From Haliotis cracherodii (taxonomy: Eukaryota), in assembly GCF_022045235.1 (NCBI RefSeq), contig NW_027266275.1, positions 74,338,001-74,402,000 of the forward strand: DNA of 64,000 nucleotides. Direction: 5' to 3'. The notes below the pieces were generated by a model that was not told where the DNA came from, ran no database searches, and saw only the letters and a list, made by a program, of their open reading frames with translations. The position numbers were made by a program, and so were the translations under genes. This document shows positions 1 to 12,010 of this stretch, in pieces (within the stretch, counting starts at the first letter, position 1; each line of letters begins with the position of its first letter).

Positions 1-1054
1 TGAGACGAAGATGTGTTGCTTGTATCGCAACCAGAGCTGGACACACACGCTATTGATTTGTAAATTGACATTTTGGCATGTTCATGTTCTTTTTAAGAAA
101 TCACGCATTTTCTGAAATCAGTATGGCAAATTAAACCATTTGAACACTTACAGGAGTCTTTTATCTATTGCAAACCGAAATTGTTTCAGATTTGATAAGT
201 AACATAACTTTGCATTAAATCTTATTCAATGTCACAGGAAGTTCTGTTGTTCAGTATATTTCAATAGTAGATTTTTCTTTGCAAATATATCACGCCTCGG
301 AATTAAGCGACATAACATCACCGTTGATCATGGCTGCAGACATATCGCGACTGTGTAGATACAGGGGGACGTCTCGAGGATAACTCAGGGATAGGTACTG
401 TGGTCAGGTTCCGGGAAGGGGGAGACGTTTTTGACAGGCTGGAGAGTCAGATGGCACATGAATATTGAATCAGACGAGTTCTGAATCATCCTGTTTGTAT
501 TACAGCATGGCGGACGTTATCGTCCACGCGCCTCGTGAACAAATCCCGTATTAGTGCGGGCCGGATGAGAAAGTCAATCAGCCACTTGAGATTTTGATTT
601 TAGAAATATCAGCCCAGTCTCGTTGATCGGTGTTTCTCTGGTCGGACAAATACAGACTGTCAGGTTCTATTACTATTTTGCGCTCAGAACACGTTGTGAT
701 TTATCATCTATTCAAGCCGTTCAGTCACTCGAGGTTGACTTTAGAATCTTCAAAGTGTGAAGTCTGTTCAGCTGTGCCAAAATGACTTCAATATGTGCTT
801 CTTTTGACTTTCGTTTTGCCAAATCGATCAACGTTTGAAATGTCACCTTCCGGATGTCCGATTAGTTTGTTGTCACAATGATCTGCACTGTGATTTATAG
901 AACGGCCTACCCCGTCAAGGATATTTTACACTAATTCTATACCACTGCTCTCAGTAAGAGCAACATGACAGAGTACACAGAACCCCGATACTCTGTACTC
1001 TGATTCAGTGTTGCCCACATATAATGAACAACTCAGTGATTTACGTGAATACCA

Positions 1055-1895
1055 ACACAGCACAGTGATCGATATGAAGATCTACACAACACAGTGGTGT
1101 ATATAAAGATATACACAACACAGTGATCTATATGAAGATCTACACAACACAGTGGTGTATATAAAGATATACACAACACAGTGATCTATATGAAGATCTA
1201 CACAACACAGTGGTGTATGTGAAGATCTACACAACACAGTGGTGTTTGTGAAGATCTACACAACACAGTGATCTATATGAAGATCTACATAATACAGAGG
1301 TGTATATGAAGATCTACACAACACAGTGATTTACGTGATGATCTACACAATACATTGATTTACGTGAAGATATACACAACACAGTGATATATATGAAGTT
1401 CTACACGATGATCTATGTGAAGATCTACAGAGCCCAGTGATCTATATGAAAATCTACACGAAGATCTATATGAAGATCTACCAAATGATCCATATGAAGA
1501 TCTGCACAGTGATCTATATGAAGATCTACACAACACAGTGATCTGTATGAAGATCTACACAACACTGTGATCTACATCTGTATGAAGATCTACACAACAC
1601 TGTGATCTATATGAAGATCTACCCAGCACAGTGATCTATATGAAGATCTATACAGCACAGTGATTTATATAAAGATCTGCACAACACAGTGATCTATATG
1701 AAGATCTACACAACACTGTGATCTATATGAAGATCTACACAGCACAGTGATCTATATGAAGATCTACACAACACAGTGATCTATATAAAGATCTACACAA
1801 CACAGTGATCTATATAAAGATCTGCACAACACAGTGATCTATATGAAAATCTACACAGCACAGTGATCTATATGAAGATCTACACTGCACAGTGG
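1055..1895. repeat. Minisatellite, ~29-bp unit cagtgatctatatgaagatctacacaaca
   Basis: About 28 tandem copies; a detached unit at ~2305-2333. Confidence 0.95.
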
Positions 1896-2335
1896 TCTAT
1901 TTACGAAATAAACGACGAGGTGTTGTGTTGTTTATCGTACAATAAACACTGTAAGGCGCAGAAAAAAATTACATTTTACAGGGTTTAAACATATATACCC
2001 TTACTTGAACAATAAACCCGAGGAATACAATTCCATCTCGGCAATGACGGGCAAGTCCATTTTATGAACAAGGTGGTTGAGTTTGGTATTTTCTGAATAT
2101 TGTCACTATTCCAACGACGATTATCTGCACCTTTACTCCCAAAACTGACTGTCATATCTCTCCCACTGTTGGAAACGATCACCAAGTTGCGATCATCAAG
2201 TTCGAATCTCATGGAATGACATTGAGAGAACAATGTTTATCGTGAAATCGACCACGCCTTGTTTTTCGTTGTTCTTTGCGATTTATCGCGTCGCTATCAC
2301 ATTTGTGAAGATCTACACTGCACAGTAATATATGC

Positions 2336-2598
2336 GAGGTGAGGTGAGGAAATGGGGTTTAACGTCGCAAGATTATTATATAGCGACCTGCATGCACGTG
2401 TGTGTATGTGGCTGCTTGTCCCGACTGATGCCGATTTATAGTGCTAGTCTACTGAGAAACCATGCCACAGATTCCGAGCCGACCAGTCCTTGTTTTAGCC
2501 CCTTAATGACGAGCGCCAGACAGGGTAACAAGTACCATCTTTTAACGTCTTTGGTATGTCGCGGCGGGGCACCGAAACCCGAAACCACGGAGGCGGTC
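2336..2598 (-). mobile_element. SINE family A copy (internally deleted)
   Basis: Reverse-complement match to 40111-40459. Confidence 0.8.
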
Positions 2599-3339
2599 TT
2601 TTCGTAGATAATGAATATATACTAATCTATATAAAACCAAAGCCATTTCCTTCTCAAGACAGAGAACATCAAGAATAAACTGTCATTTTCCATTTTTTCA
2701 TGTTAAGCAATATGTGCTTGGTCATTGCGAATCAGTAGCATTTAGCCCATAATGGGTGGATAGTTTATAAGCCATCATGAATCAGTCGCCATTCTCGACT
2801 CATACTTGACTCATATTCGACTCATATGTCCAAGATTTTAACTGTACATTGCATACATATTCTTAGAATATCCGTGGTTGAAGCTTGTGAAAATTTCAAT
2901 TGGTTCACATGTTCAAATCATTTATTATTAACTGGCAGTGCTGTGCATGCGTGTGTTGTGTGTGTTGTTTAACGCCACTCTCAGCAATATTACAGCTTTA
3001 TGACGACGGCTATCAGTACGTGAAAGAATCAATTGTGTTTTCAAGGTTCTGTTGAATCATCCAAATGATTCAACTGTGTATGCTCATTGTGCTGTGACAT
3101 CTTCAGTGTTAGATCTACGTCGGAAATGATCACTGGCACGAAACGTTAATTGAAAAGGAAACGTGTGTAATAAAACGAGTGAAGGCTGAATGAACATGAA
3201 CACTTAGTGGTGCAACGTTGCTGAGAATAAAACATACAGTTCTGCGCATTATCAGACTTTAACCAGCTTTTATTTTTAAAGTATGTTTTTTCTGTCTGGG
3301 AATATGTGTCGCATAGGTTCTAGAACAGTAGTACAAAAA

Positions 3340-4330
3340 GTCTAGGAATACATGTTCTGCAAGTTTAGGAATAGGTATTCCAGGAGTCCAGGAGCTGGTG
3401 TTCCGGAAGTCTTTGAAAGTGTGTCTCGGGGATCTAGGAGTAAGTGTCCTGGTGATTTAAAAGTAAGTGTCCTGGTGATTTAAGAATAAAAGTCCTCGGG
3501 ATCTAGGAATAGGTATTCTTGGGATCTAGGTGTAAGTGTCCTTGGGATCTAGGAATACGTGTCCTGGGGAACTAGGAGTCAGTGTCTCGGTGATCTAGGT
3601 ATAAGTGCCATGGGGATCTAGGAGTATGTGTTCTGTGGATCTAGGAGTTAGTGTCCTGGGGATCTAGGAGTAAGTGTCCTGAATATCTAGGAGTAAGTGT
3701 CCTGGGGATCTAAGAGTAAGTGACATGGGGATCTAGGAGTAAGTGTTCTGGGGATCTAGGAATAAGTGTCGTGGGATTTAAGAGTAAGTGCCATAGGGAT
3801 CTAGGAGTCAGTGTCCTGGGGATCTGGGAATAAATGTCCTGGGATCTAGGTGTAAGTGCCATAGAGATCTAAAAGTAAGTGTCCTGGGTATCAAGGTTTA
3901 AGTGACATGGGGATCTGGGAATAGGTATCCGGGAGATCTAGGTGTAAGTGTCATAGGAATCTAAAAGTAAGTGTACTGTGAATCCAGAAATGATTGACCC
4001 GAAGATCTAAGAGTGTGCGTCCTGGGGATCTAAGAGTAGGTGTTCTGGAAATAAAGGAGTAAATGTCCGGGGGATCTTGGAGTAAATGTCCCGAAGATTT
4101 AGGAATATGTGTCGTGAAGATCTAGGAATAAGTGTCCTGGAGATCTAGGCGTAAGTGTCCTGGGAATCTAGGGGTTAGTGTCTTGGAGATGTAGGAGTAT
4201 GTGTTCTTGAGATCTAGTAATAACTGTCCTAGTGCTCTAGAAGTAAGTGTTCTGGATATCTAGGAGTTAGTGTAATGGGGACCTAGGAGTATAAAGCGAC
4301 ATGAAGTTTACGAATGAGTGTCCAAGATGT
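3340..4330. repeat. Degenerate minisatellite, 23-bp unit gatctaggagtaagtgtcctggg
   Basis: Period 23 (e.g. 3661, 3684, 3707). Confidence 0.92.
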
Positions 4331-5199
4331 GTAGGAATACACATGCCGAAAATCTGGCACTCAGTGCCCTAGGTGTCTTGCGTCCCGGAACCCTGCTTAA
4401 AGCTGTCATGCAAGCCTTGCAAAACGTGTCTTGTAAACCTAACAGTAGGTGTTCATGATGTCTACGATTGGGTACCCTGGATATCTGGGGAGTGTTCCGA
4501 CCCCTGTTCCATCGCAGGCCCTACGGGTATCGTACATGTACGTGTGTGAATGGGGCTACGGTGCATGGCAGCTTATTAATAGGTACCCAGTGTGTCAAAT
4601 AGGTGCACATTAGGCATTTCAATCACTTTTAACAACGGTTGTGAATATTTCATAGGAACCCTTTACTCCAAACTAAAAAAATGATTAAAACGCTGCTAGT
4701 CTTCGATCAGTTGGTCTTGTGAATTATCTTTAACATGACGAAGTACTAAATGACCCTTAGTATCGATGTGGGAAACAAACTTGGGAAGGGCTGTTTGGTG
4801 TGATCACTGTGATTGCTCCGCCCTGGGCTCATCCACTTAGGTCCAGTGAAGGTTGTGTACAGTCAATGGATATGTGCTCAATCAATGTACCATGAACTCA
4901 TTTGAACAGAACCGCAGATTATTTCAGGAAGATGACACCATGTACTCTTTCATTACCAACCTTGCCGTGTACACGTGTCATAGCCCCGTCTGGAACGCTT
5001 CTGTTCTCACAGTCCGCTCTAATATCGCCCAGGGTTACTTCCTGAACCTTCTCATGTTATGTTCTAAGCTAGCCCAATAGTACGATCTATTTCCACACTA
5101 AGCCTGTTCATTCTGACTTGTTATTCCGCTCAGACATTCTACAAAGACTCCTTACCTCTTGTTTTGCTCTACGATTACAAAATATTAACGTCTGTTTTT

Positions 5200-6090
5200 T
5201 GTTCCATGCTGTTCTAATATCGCCCAGTGTTACTTTCCGTTTCTCTCTCACATTCCACTCTAATGTCGCCCCTTGTTACATTTTGTTTTCTCACACATTC
5301 CGTTCTAATATCGCCCATTATTACTTCTTGTTTCTCTCACACATTCCACTCTTACATCGCTCATTGTTACTTTTTCTTTACTCACACATTCCACTCTAAT
5401 GTCGCCCATTGTTACTTTTTCTTTACTCACACATTCCACTCTTACATCGCCTATTGTTTTTTTTGTTTCTCTCACACATTCCACTCTTACATCGCCTATT
5501 GTTACTTTTTGTTTCTCTCTCACATTCCACTCTTACATCGCCCATTGTTACTTTTTGTTTCTCTCTCACATTCCACTCTTACATCGCCTATTGTTACTTT
5601 TTGTTCCTCTCTCACATTCCGCTCTTACATCGCCCATTGTTACTTTTTGTTTCTCTCTCACATTCCGCTCTTACATCGCCCATTGTTACTTTTTGTTCCT
5701 CTCACACATTCTGCTCTTACATCGCCTATTGTTACTTTTTGTTTCTCTCTCACATTCCGCTCTTACATCGCCCATTGTTACTTTTTGTTCCTCTCACACA
5801 TTCCGCTCTTACATCGCCGATTGTTACTTTTTGTTTCTCTCTCACATTCCGCTCTTACATCGCCCATTGTTACTTTTTGTTTCTCTCTCACATTCCGCTC
5901 TTACATCGCCCATTGTTACTTTTTGTTTCTCTCTCACATTCCGCTCTTACATCGCCCATTGTTACTTTTTGTTTCTCTCTCACATTCCGCTCTTACATCG
6001 CCCATTGTTACTTTTTGTTTCTCTCTCACATTCCGCTCTTACATCGCCTATTGTTACTCTTGTTGTTTCTTTCTAACATTCCGCTTTAAT
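5200..6090. repeat. Minisatellite, 46-bp unit ctcacattccgctcttacatcgcccattgttactttttgtttctct
   Basis: Period 46 (5841 to 5887); homogeneous centre with degenerate edges. Confidence 0.95.
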
Positions 6091-6972
6091 ATTTTGTCCA
6101 TTGTCCATTGTCCCATCGCTTCTTGTCATTTTATTTGCACAAATTATCTTATGATTTAATTGATGACCGTTCTGGTATTCAATGATGACAAAGTTTTGCT
6201 ACGAGCTTTTAATTGATTTATTTCTTTGCAACGAAGACCATCATCATGGTCCCATACTTCTGCTGATGTGATGCGGTTGTGCCTGAATATTAATTGGGTT
6301 CTGTCACCTCAATTATGCCGAACCCATTTTGCAAGTGACAGAGAATCTAAAACTATACCATATTAACGAACCGAACTTAAGTGTACGCAAGGCGCATGTC
6401 TGCAATTTATACCCTACTTCAATCGTAGGCACGCTGTCTCCTCTGTCCGTTACTGTGATGTATGTTCGCGTTTAATCAACGACGGTCAGCTTCACCTTTG
6501 ATGTGACGAGATTGTAATTAGTTTAATTCACTGACAACTATACTTAAGCAGTTATGAAATATGGGATGTGGTCATAAAATCAATATCAGGGTTGGTTCTC
6601 ATACTATGTAACACGTTATTTATTGCCAAGGCATATCTTAAATTTGGATAACTCGTTGGAGAAGTAAACGCAATGCTCATTGACAAGAGTGATGTGGGTT
6701 TAATGGTTACTTGGTACATCTTCCCGAGCATCGTTCAGCATCCTTCCCCTGATGTGATGGTGGCGGATTTTCCTCGGATGCTGTCAAGTATAAAAGTATA
6801 AGTAAATATGAACAAGACAAACACGGAAGCATGATTCCTACCACTAACGCTCGCTTGTTCAAGTAATGATAACACTTAACCCCTAGACACTTTTAATCCA
6901 TAATGTCGATCGTCATAAGACGTGATAAAAGGTGTTTGCATTGATATACCAGGTGTAATGTATTCCGAGCAG

Positions 6973-7172
6973 TTGTGTTTGTTTGTTTGTTTGTTGTTTT
7001 ACCTTGCACTCAGAAATATTCCAGATATATGGCGGCGGTCTGTAAATAATCGAGTCTGGACGATGACATGCATCAACCACGTCAGCGAACCTGACCACCC
7101 GATCCTGTCAGTCGCCCCTTGCGACAAGCATGGACAGCTGAAGACCAATTCTAACTCGGATCTTCACTAGTC
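6973..7172 (-). mobile_element. SINE-like family C copy (internal deletion)
   Basis: Homologous to 58022-58273. Confidence 0.75.
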
Positions 7173-7669
7173 TGTTCCTAGCAGGGGTTTGAGAATGGGT
7201 GTGAGAATGAATGCATGGATGCATGGATGGATGGATGCATGGATGTACCTGTGGCAATAGAATGATGCAGGCGGATATTTTTTGTATAAAATTGTTTACA
7301 TGCGATGTGTGTAAATTTCCAGGTGAACTTTTGAGGTACAATCGATCATAATTTTTCTTCGAAGATTTCAAAGAGCGTCTATGGCTCTTGCTCAAAAGTT
7401 GTTCGATCAAGGGTTGCAAAATTCAAGGCGTTATTAAAGCTTTGCATGTATGTTCATCCTGTACTCTGGTACAGTGTTGGATGTAAATGGATGTGTACAA
7501 CCTAGTGACAATTGTCCTTCAGTTTCAGCGAAGGCAAACTGGAATTTTCGCGAAATGGAATGTAAGCCAACAAATATCACACCGTATACGCATGTACGTG
7601 ATGGTATATGAATATATTGTTGTGTATACGCATGTACGTGATGATATATGTATATACTGTTATGTATAG

Positions 7670-7975
7670 ACATTTATTGTATTCTTCAGTGTGAAAGACA
7701 AAGATTTCTGAAGTTGAGAAAAGTGATTTGCAGTGAACATAACACTTTGATCGAACCATCGTCTCACAAAATTGTCGTCCCTTTATCGAAAGTGTCTTGT
7801 CCGTACACAAACTGTTGTCTTCTTTTTTACGTTAGTTCGTCATTGACAAAGCAAAACAATGACATATGGTCATTAATGGAGTTGATATCGCTTCTCCCCG
7901 TTTGTTATTCTCTTGAAAATGTCCCATTATAAACTGTAAATTTTCCTCGTCAATCGAGACTGTTCGTTTCTCGAT
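7670..7975 (+). repeat. Dispersed ~300-bp repeat, copy 1 (copy 2 at 11650-12010)
   Basis: Collinear shared blocks cttcagtg..gaaagac, ttctgaagttg.gaaaag, gtgaacataacact, cacaaactgttg, attgacaa.gcaaaa, atggtcatt.atggagtt.atatc and cgagactgttcgtttc. Confidence 0.75.
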
Positions 7976-8039
7976 GCGCCATATTTCTTAAGTGAACAGC
8001 GTGGGTCCTTTCTGTTTGATTGGTGTTCTAGAAGTTGGC

Positions 8040-8206
8040 AAATAAGTAAGAAAAACGTACAACTTTATGGATAACAACTTATGGTTTATTGCAAAAAATC
8101 GACGTTTCGATGTTGATTCTTGTAAACACCGTCATCAAGCTGGAGTGCTACACGCAATAAACCAGAAATTGTTATCCATAAAGTTGTACGTTTTTCTTAC
8201 TTATTT
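8040..8206. mobile_element. Palindromic element (perfect 38-bp inverted arms) with a degenerate hammerhead-like core on the - strand; probably PLE-derived
   Basis: 8040-8077 is the exact reverse complement of 8169-8206, and pairing continues imperfectly inward (tggtttattgc/gcaataaacca). The central - strand reads cTTGATGA-c-ggtgtt...aacatc-GAAA-cg-TC. Confidence 0.6.
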
Positions 8207-9069
8207 TCTTCACTTCCAACAGCGGTCTCGTAGATTTAAAGAATTTTTTTTTTAAATTTATGAGCTATATAATAAGGTAATTGTATGATTAAGAATGTTA
8301 TTGACCTCAAATATTTGTTTTTAAGATTATGCAAACGCAGCAATATGGCAATTACAAGGGGTAGTGAAACGTCCCTGCGTGTCGGGTAGTCAACAGTTAG
8401 CTTTCAAGGGTGTCCGTTCGTAATTATATAATTAAATATTCCGGTTGACAACTACACAAAAATATATTTTATGTACAGGATATTTCATATGCGATGAGGG
8501 AAACTGTAACTCGATGAGAGAAACATGATATTTCACTCGACAAAGGGAATACCCTCTAGGTATGACATTGTATGTAAATATAATGTTATGTATACACATG
8601 TACGTCATAGTATGTGTTTGCCATGGTTTATGCATACACAAGTACGTTATGCATTGTGGGAATCATGAAACATCTTTTCGTCATAACAGATGCATGTATA
8701 CATCGAACTGCATTACAATGTGTGCAGCAGCATGTGCATCTGTGCATGCCCTGCATACCAATCTTCAATCGATCCTGGTGAGTCAACGCTCAATACCCAC
8801 CTTAGCGTATCTCCGTTCAAACAACCGCAAGTAAACTCACGTGTTATCAGCTGGTGCAGATGGATAGAGTAGGTTTACATTAAGCCTGGCAAGAAAAACG
8901 TGGTGCCAAGGTTTATATAAATCACATAATATTTACATAAATATCTTCAGGACATCGATCTTGGCCTCTTGAAGCTCTGACAAAAAGCGAGAATCGGCTG
9001 TAGGTATATACATGTCAGAGTATTCTGACCAGTTCTGAGAAGAGGGAAGACCAACCGAGATCTTTCTTT

Positions 9070-10883
9070 TGAAGATGCTGACGAGGTTCCATGTGACTAT
9101 AACTTCAAGGGTAGCGTTTTGACGAGGACATGGAGGCCACCTGCTGATAATGAATGGAAGGTTTTCCATCAAATTATTCTTCCAGATTCATATCGAAAGC
9201 ATGTTTTAAGTTTGGCACATGGAACTTCTATGGCAGGTCATTTGGGTGTGAACAAAACTTCATGTTGCCAAACTTGCGGCATAATGTGGCTGAATTTGTA
9301 AAACATGCCATGTTTGTCAAATTGTTGGCACACCTAATCAGAGAATCCCAGCTGCAACTTGAAAACCATTCCAGCTTTTGAGGAACCTTTCTGCAGGGTC
9401 GCCATTGATTGTGCTGGTCAGAACATACTTACTATCATGTGTGCTTCTACGTGTGGGATTCCAGAGGCTATTCCTTTACGGAACGTTACAGCTCGGGTTA
9501 TATTCAAGGCTTTAGTTTAGTTCTTCACCATGGTTGGTTTGCATGGGACTATTCAGTCAGATCAGGGTTCACGTCAGGTGTTTTCCAACAGGCTATGCAC
9601 CAGTTAGGTATTACTCAGATTAAGTCTTGTGCATATCATCCTGAATCTTTAAGAGCTTTACAGAGGTTTCACCAGATTCATAAGAATATGATAATGTCTT
9701 ACTGTTTTGAGACTGAGAAGGATTGGGATGAAGACATCCTTTTGATGTTCTTTGCTGTGAGGGGGTCAGTTTAGGAGTGCCTGGGTTTTAGTGTTTTTTA
9801 CCTTGTCTTGCCATACAGTTCGTGGATCTTGACTCAATGATAGGTCTGAAATGATGAGTTTTTTGGAGTATGTCTCATCATTTCGGTCTGGGCATTCAAG
9901 TGCCTGTGACGTTGCTAAGGATAACGGGAAGGCATCACAGGACAAAATGTCCTGGCGATAAAGTCTTAGTGTTTTTGCCAGTCCCTGGTCAACCATTACG
10001 TGCTAGGGTCCATATGTTATTGACAGAAAAGTCAATGTTGCTGACTATGTTGTCACAGCTGTTGTCAAAAGACACAGCTTTCTCATGTCAATATAATTAG
10101 AAAGTATCATGAAAGCAATGACAATGAACCTACTCAGTGTGTTGCCACTGTTTCCCCTGTGGATATTGTATCAGTGTGTGACACTGATGAGAATCGTGAG
10201 AATCGTGCCCTAAGTTAAACAATTCTGAACTTTTAGATAACTTGGATACTAAGTTAGGTCATGTCATAGGCAAGGTCAGGTACAGTCCGTTCAAGCAAAG
10301 GTTTAAGCTATTTCAAAATTCCAAGTTCCACAAAACAAAAAGAAACTTTGAAATGGTTTGACTGGTTACTACCATAGATTTTGTCATACATGTTGTAGCT
10401 TTTTCACTTATGTTCTGGACAAATAGGTGAAATTGGTTTGGGACAGCAATTGTCAGACTGCTTTTGAGAAAATGAAAGCCATTCTCATGAATTATCCTAT
10501 TCTCCAAGCACCAAAAACATCTTTCAAATTGGATTCTAGTGACATTGGTGCTGGAGCTATCCTGTTGCAGGTAGATACATCAGGCTTTGGTCATCATGTT
10601 ATTGTTCAAAATAGGACAAACATCAGAGAAATTATTCCACCACTGAAAAAGAAACTCTTCCTCTATTGTTAGCTCTGCAATATTTTGAAGTGTACTTTGG
10701 CACTTCTTTGTTTCCTATTCAAGTGTAAATTGATCACAATCCACTATCTTTTCTTCATAAAATGAAAAACAGAAACCAACACCTGATGCGTTGGAGTTTG
10801 CTTTGCAAGAATTTGATTTAGACATCAAGCATATCAAAGGCAAAGACAGTGTTATTGCTCATGCATTGTCTCGAGATGGTTGA
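9070..10883 (+). mobile_element. Decayed Ty3/Gypsy LTR retrotransposon pol, Gmr1-like domain order (integrase, then RT connection/RNase H)
   Basis: Frameshifted fragments appear in this order: integrase Zn-finger (LSLAHGTSMAGHLGVNKT...CHVCQ), integrase core (PFCRVAIDC, TIMCAST..PEAIPL, IQSDQG, AYHPES...LQRFH), then VWDSNCQTAFEKMK, DSSDIGAGAILLQ, NYSTTEKE, DHNPL and IKHIKGKDSVIAHALSR (RT connection/RNase H). The RT core appears deleted. Confidence 0.88.
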
Positions 10884-10999
10884 ATGTGATCAATTCTGAC
10901 TGCAAATATGATATGCATTTGTGAAAACATATCTCATGATCATAATGTATAATGTTTACTATTATTTACTGTACTTAGCAGTCTCACTGTGATCAAACT

Positions 11000-11648
11000 T
11001 TAAACAATGATTGTAACTGTATTACAGTGTTGCTGTTAAGTTTCAGTACAGTCTCATGCACTGTATTGGGACACTGATTAGCTATCAGGAATATAGTACT
11101 ATCAAATCTAGGCAGTCGTGAGGAAGTTAATATATTTAGATGCTCGAATTATCTATAAACTTCCGGAATAGCATTGATGGATCTCAAGGGTTATAGGATG
11201 TAGTGTGCTTGTGACACTGAGTACTGAGTGGAACGTTCTGGAAGCTAGTTGGACTATATAAGTGGAGAGGGTGCATGCCTGTCATATATCACATTTCATC
11301 AAACATTACATCAAGACCAGCGGGTGTGTTAAAATCACTTATCACCCCCGGATTCCAAGACTAGGCCTATCTCTAAAGCTGTTTAGGCGAGGTGATTATT
11401 ATCCGTGTGATTGTCATTTCCACTGCTCTCACATTTTATACTGTCATTGAGTACTGTGCTCTCACTATATCGCGTGCTACCATTGTAATTGACATCCGGA
11501 CATTTGCATTTACTTTTAAACCTAGTTAATTTTGTAATACAATTGTTGATTGTGTTCCATTTGTTTTTTATTTGTTGGTTCCACACCAAATTCTTTTGCA
11601 TACATATTTCTGGGTTAAAACATTGTTTCAATTTGGGAATCAGTAACA
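11000..11648 (+). mobile_element. Possible 3' LTR of the Gypsy remnant
   Basis: Lies directly downstream of pol, contains TATATAA (~11254) and ends ...gtaACA at 11648, exactly where homology to the 7.7-kb repeat begins. No matching 5' LTR or polypurine tract seen; start coordinate is approximate. Confidence 0.3.
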
Positions 11649-11649
11649 A

Positions 11650-12010
11650 CACCTATCATATACTTCAGTGGGAAAGACTGAGTTTTCTGAAGTTGCGAAA
11701 AGGGATATTTTCATTGCGGTGAACATAACACTAGATGTCTCACTGCAGTGAACTAACACTTTGACAGAACTATTGTCATACAGGAGTTAACTCCCCTTTA
11801 ATTATCTCCCTTTATCGTAAGTGTCCAGCCCCCACACAAACTGTTGACGTCCTTTTTACGGTAGTTCCACATTGACAAGGCAAAATAATGACCGATGGTC
11901 ATTTATGGAGTTAATATCACTTCTTGTCGTTTGGTATTCTATCGAAAATGTTTCGTTATGAACTGGTAATTTCTCATCTAACTCGACAAAACGAGACTGT
12001 TCGTTTCGCA
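11650..12010 (+). repeat. Dispersed ~300-bp repeat, copy 2
   Basis: Same blocks in the same order and orientation as 7670-7975. Confidence 0.75.

Noticed and set aside
5118-6159. Long overlapping ORFs (310, 225, 226 aa)
   Set aside because: They come from a stop-free 46-bp minisatellite open in all three + frames; there is no coding signature.
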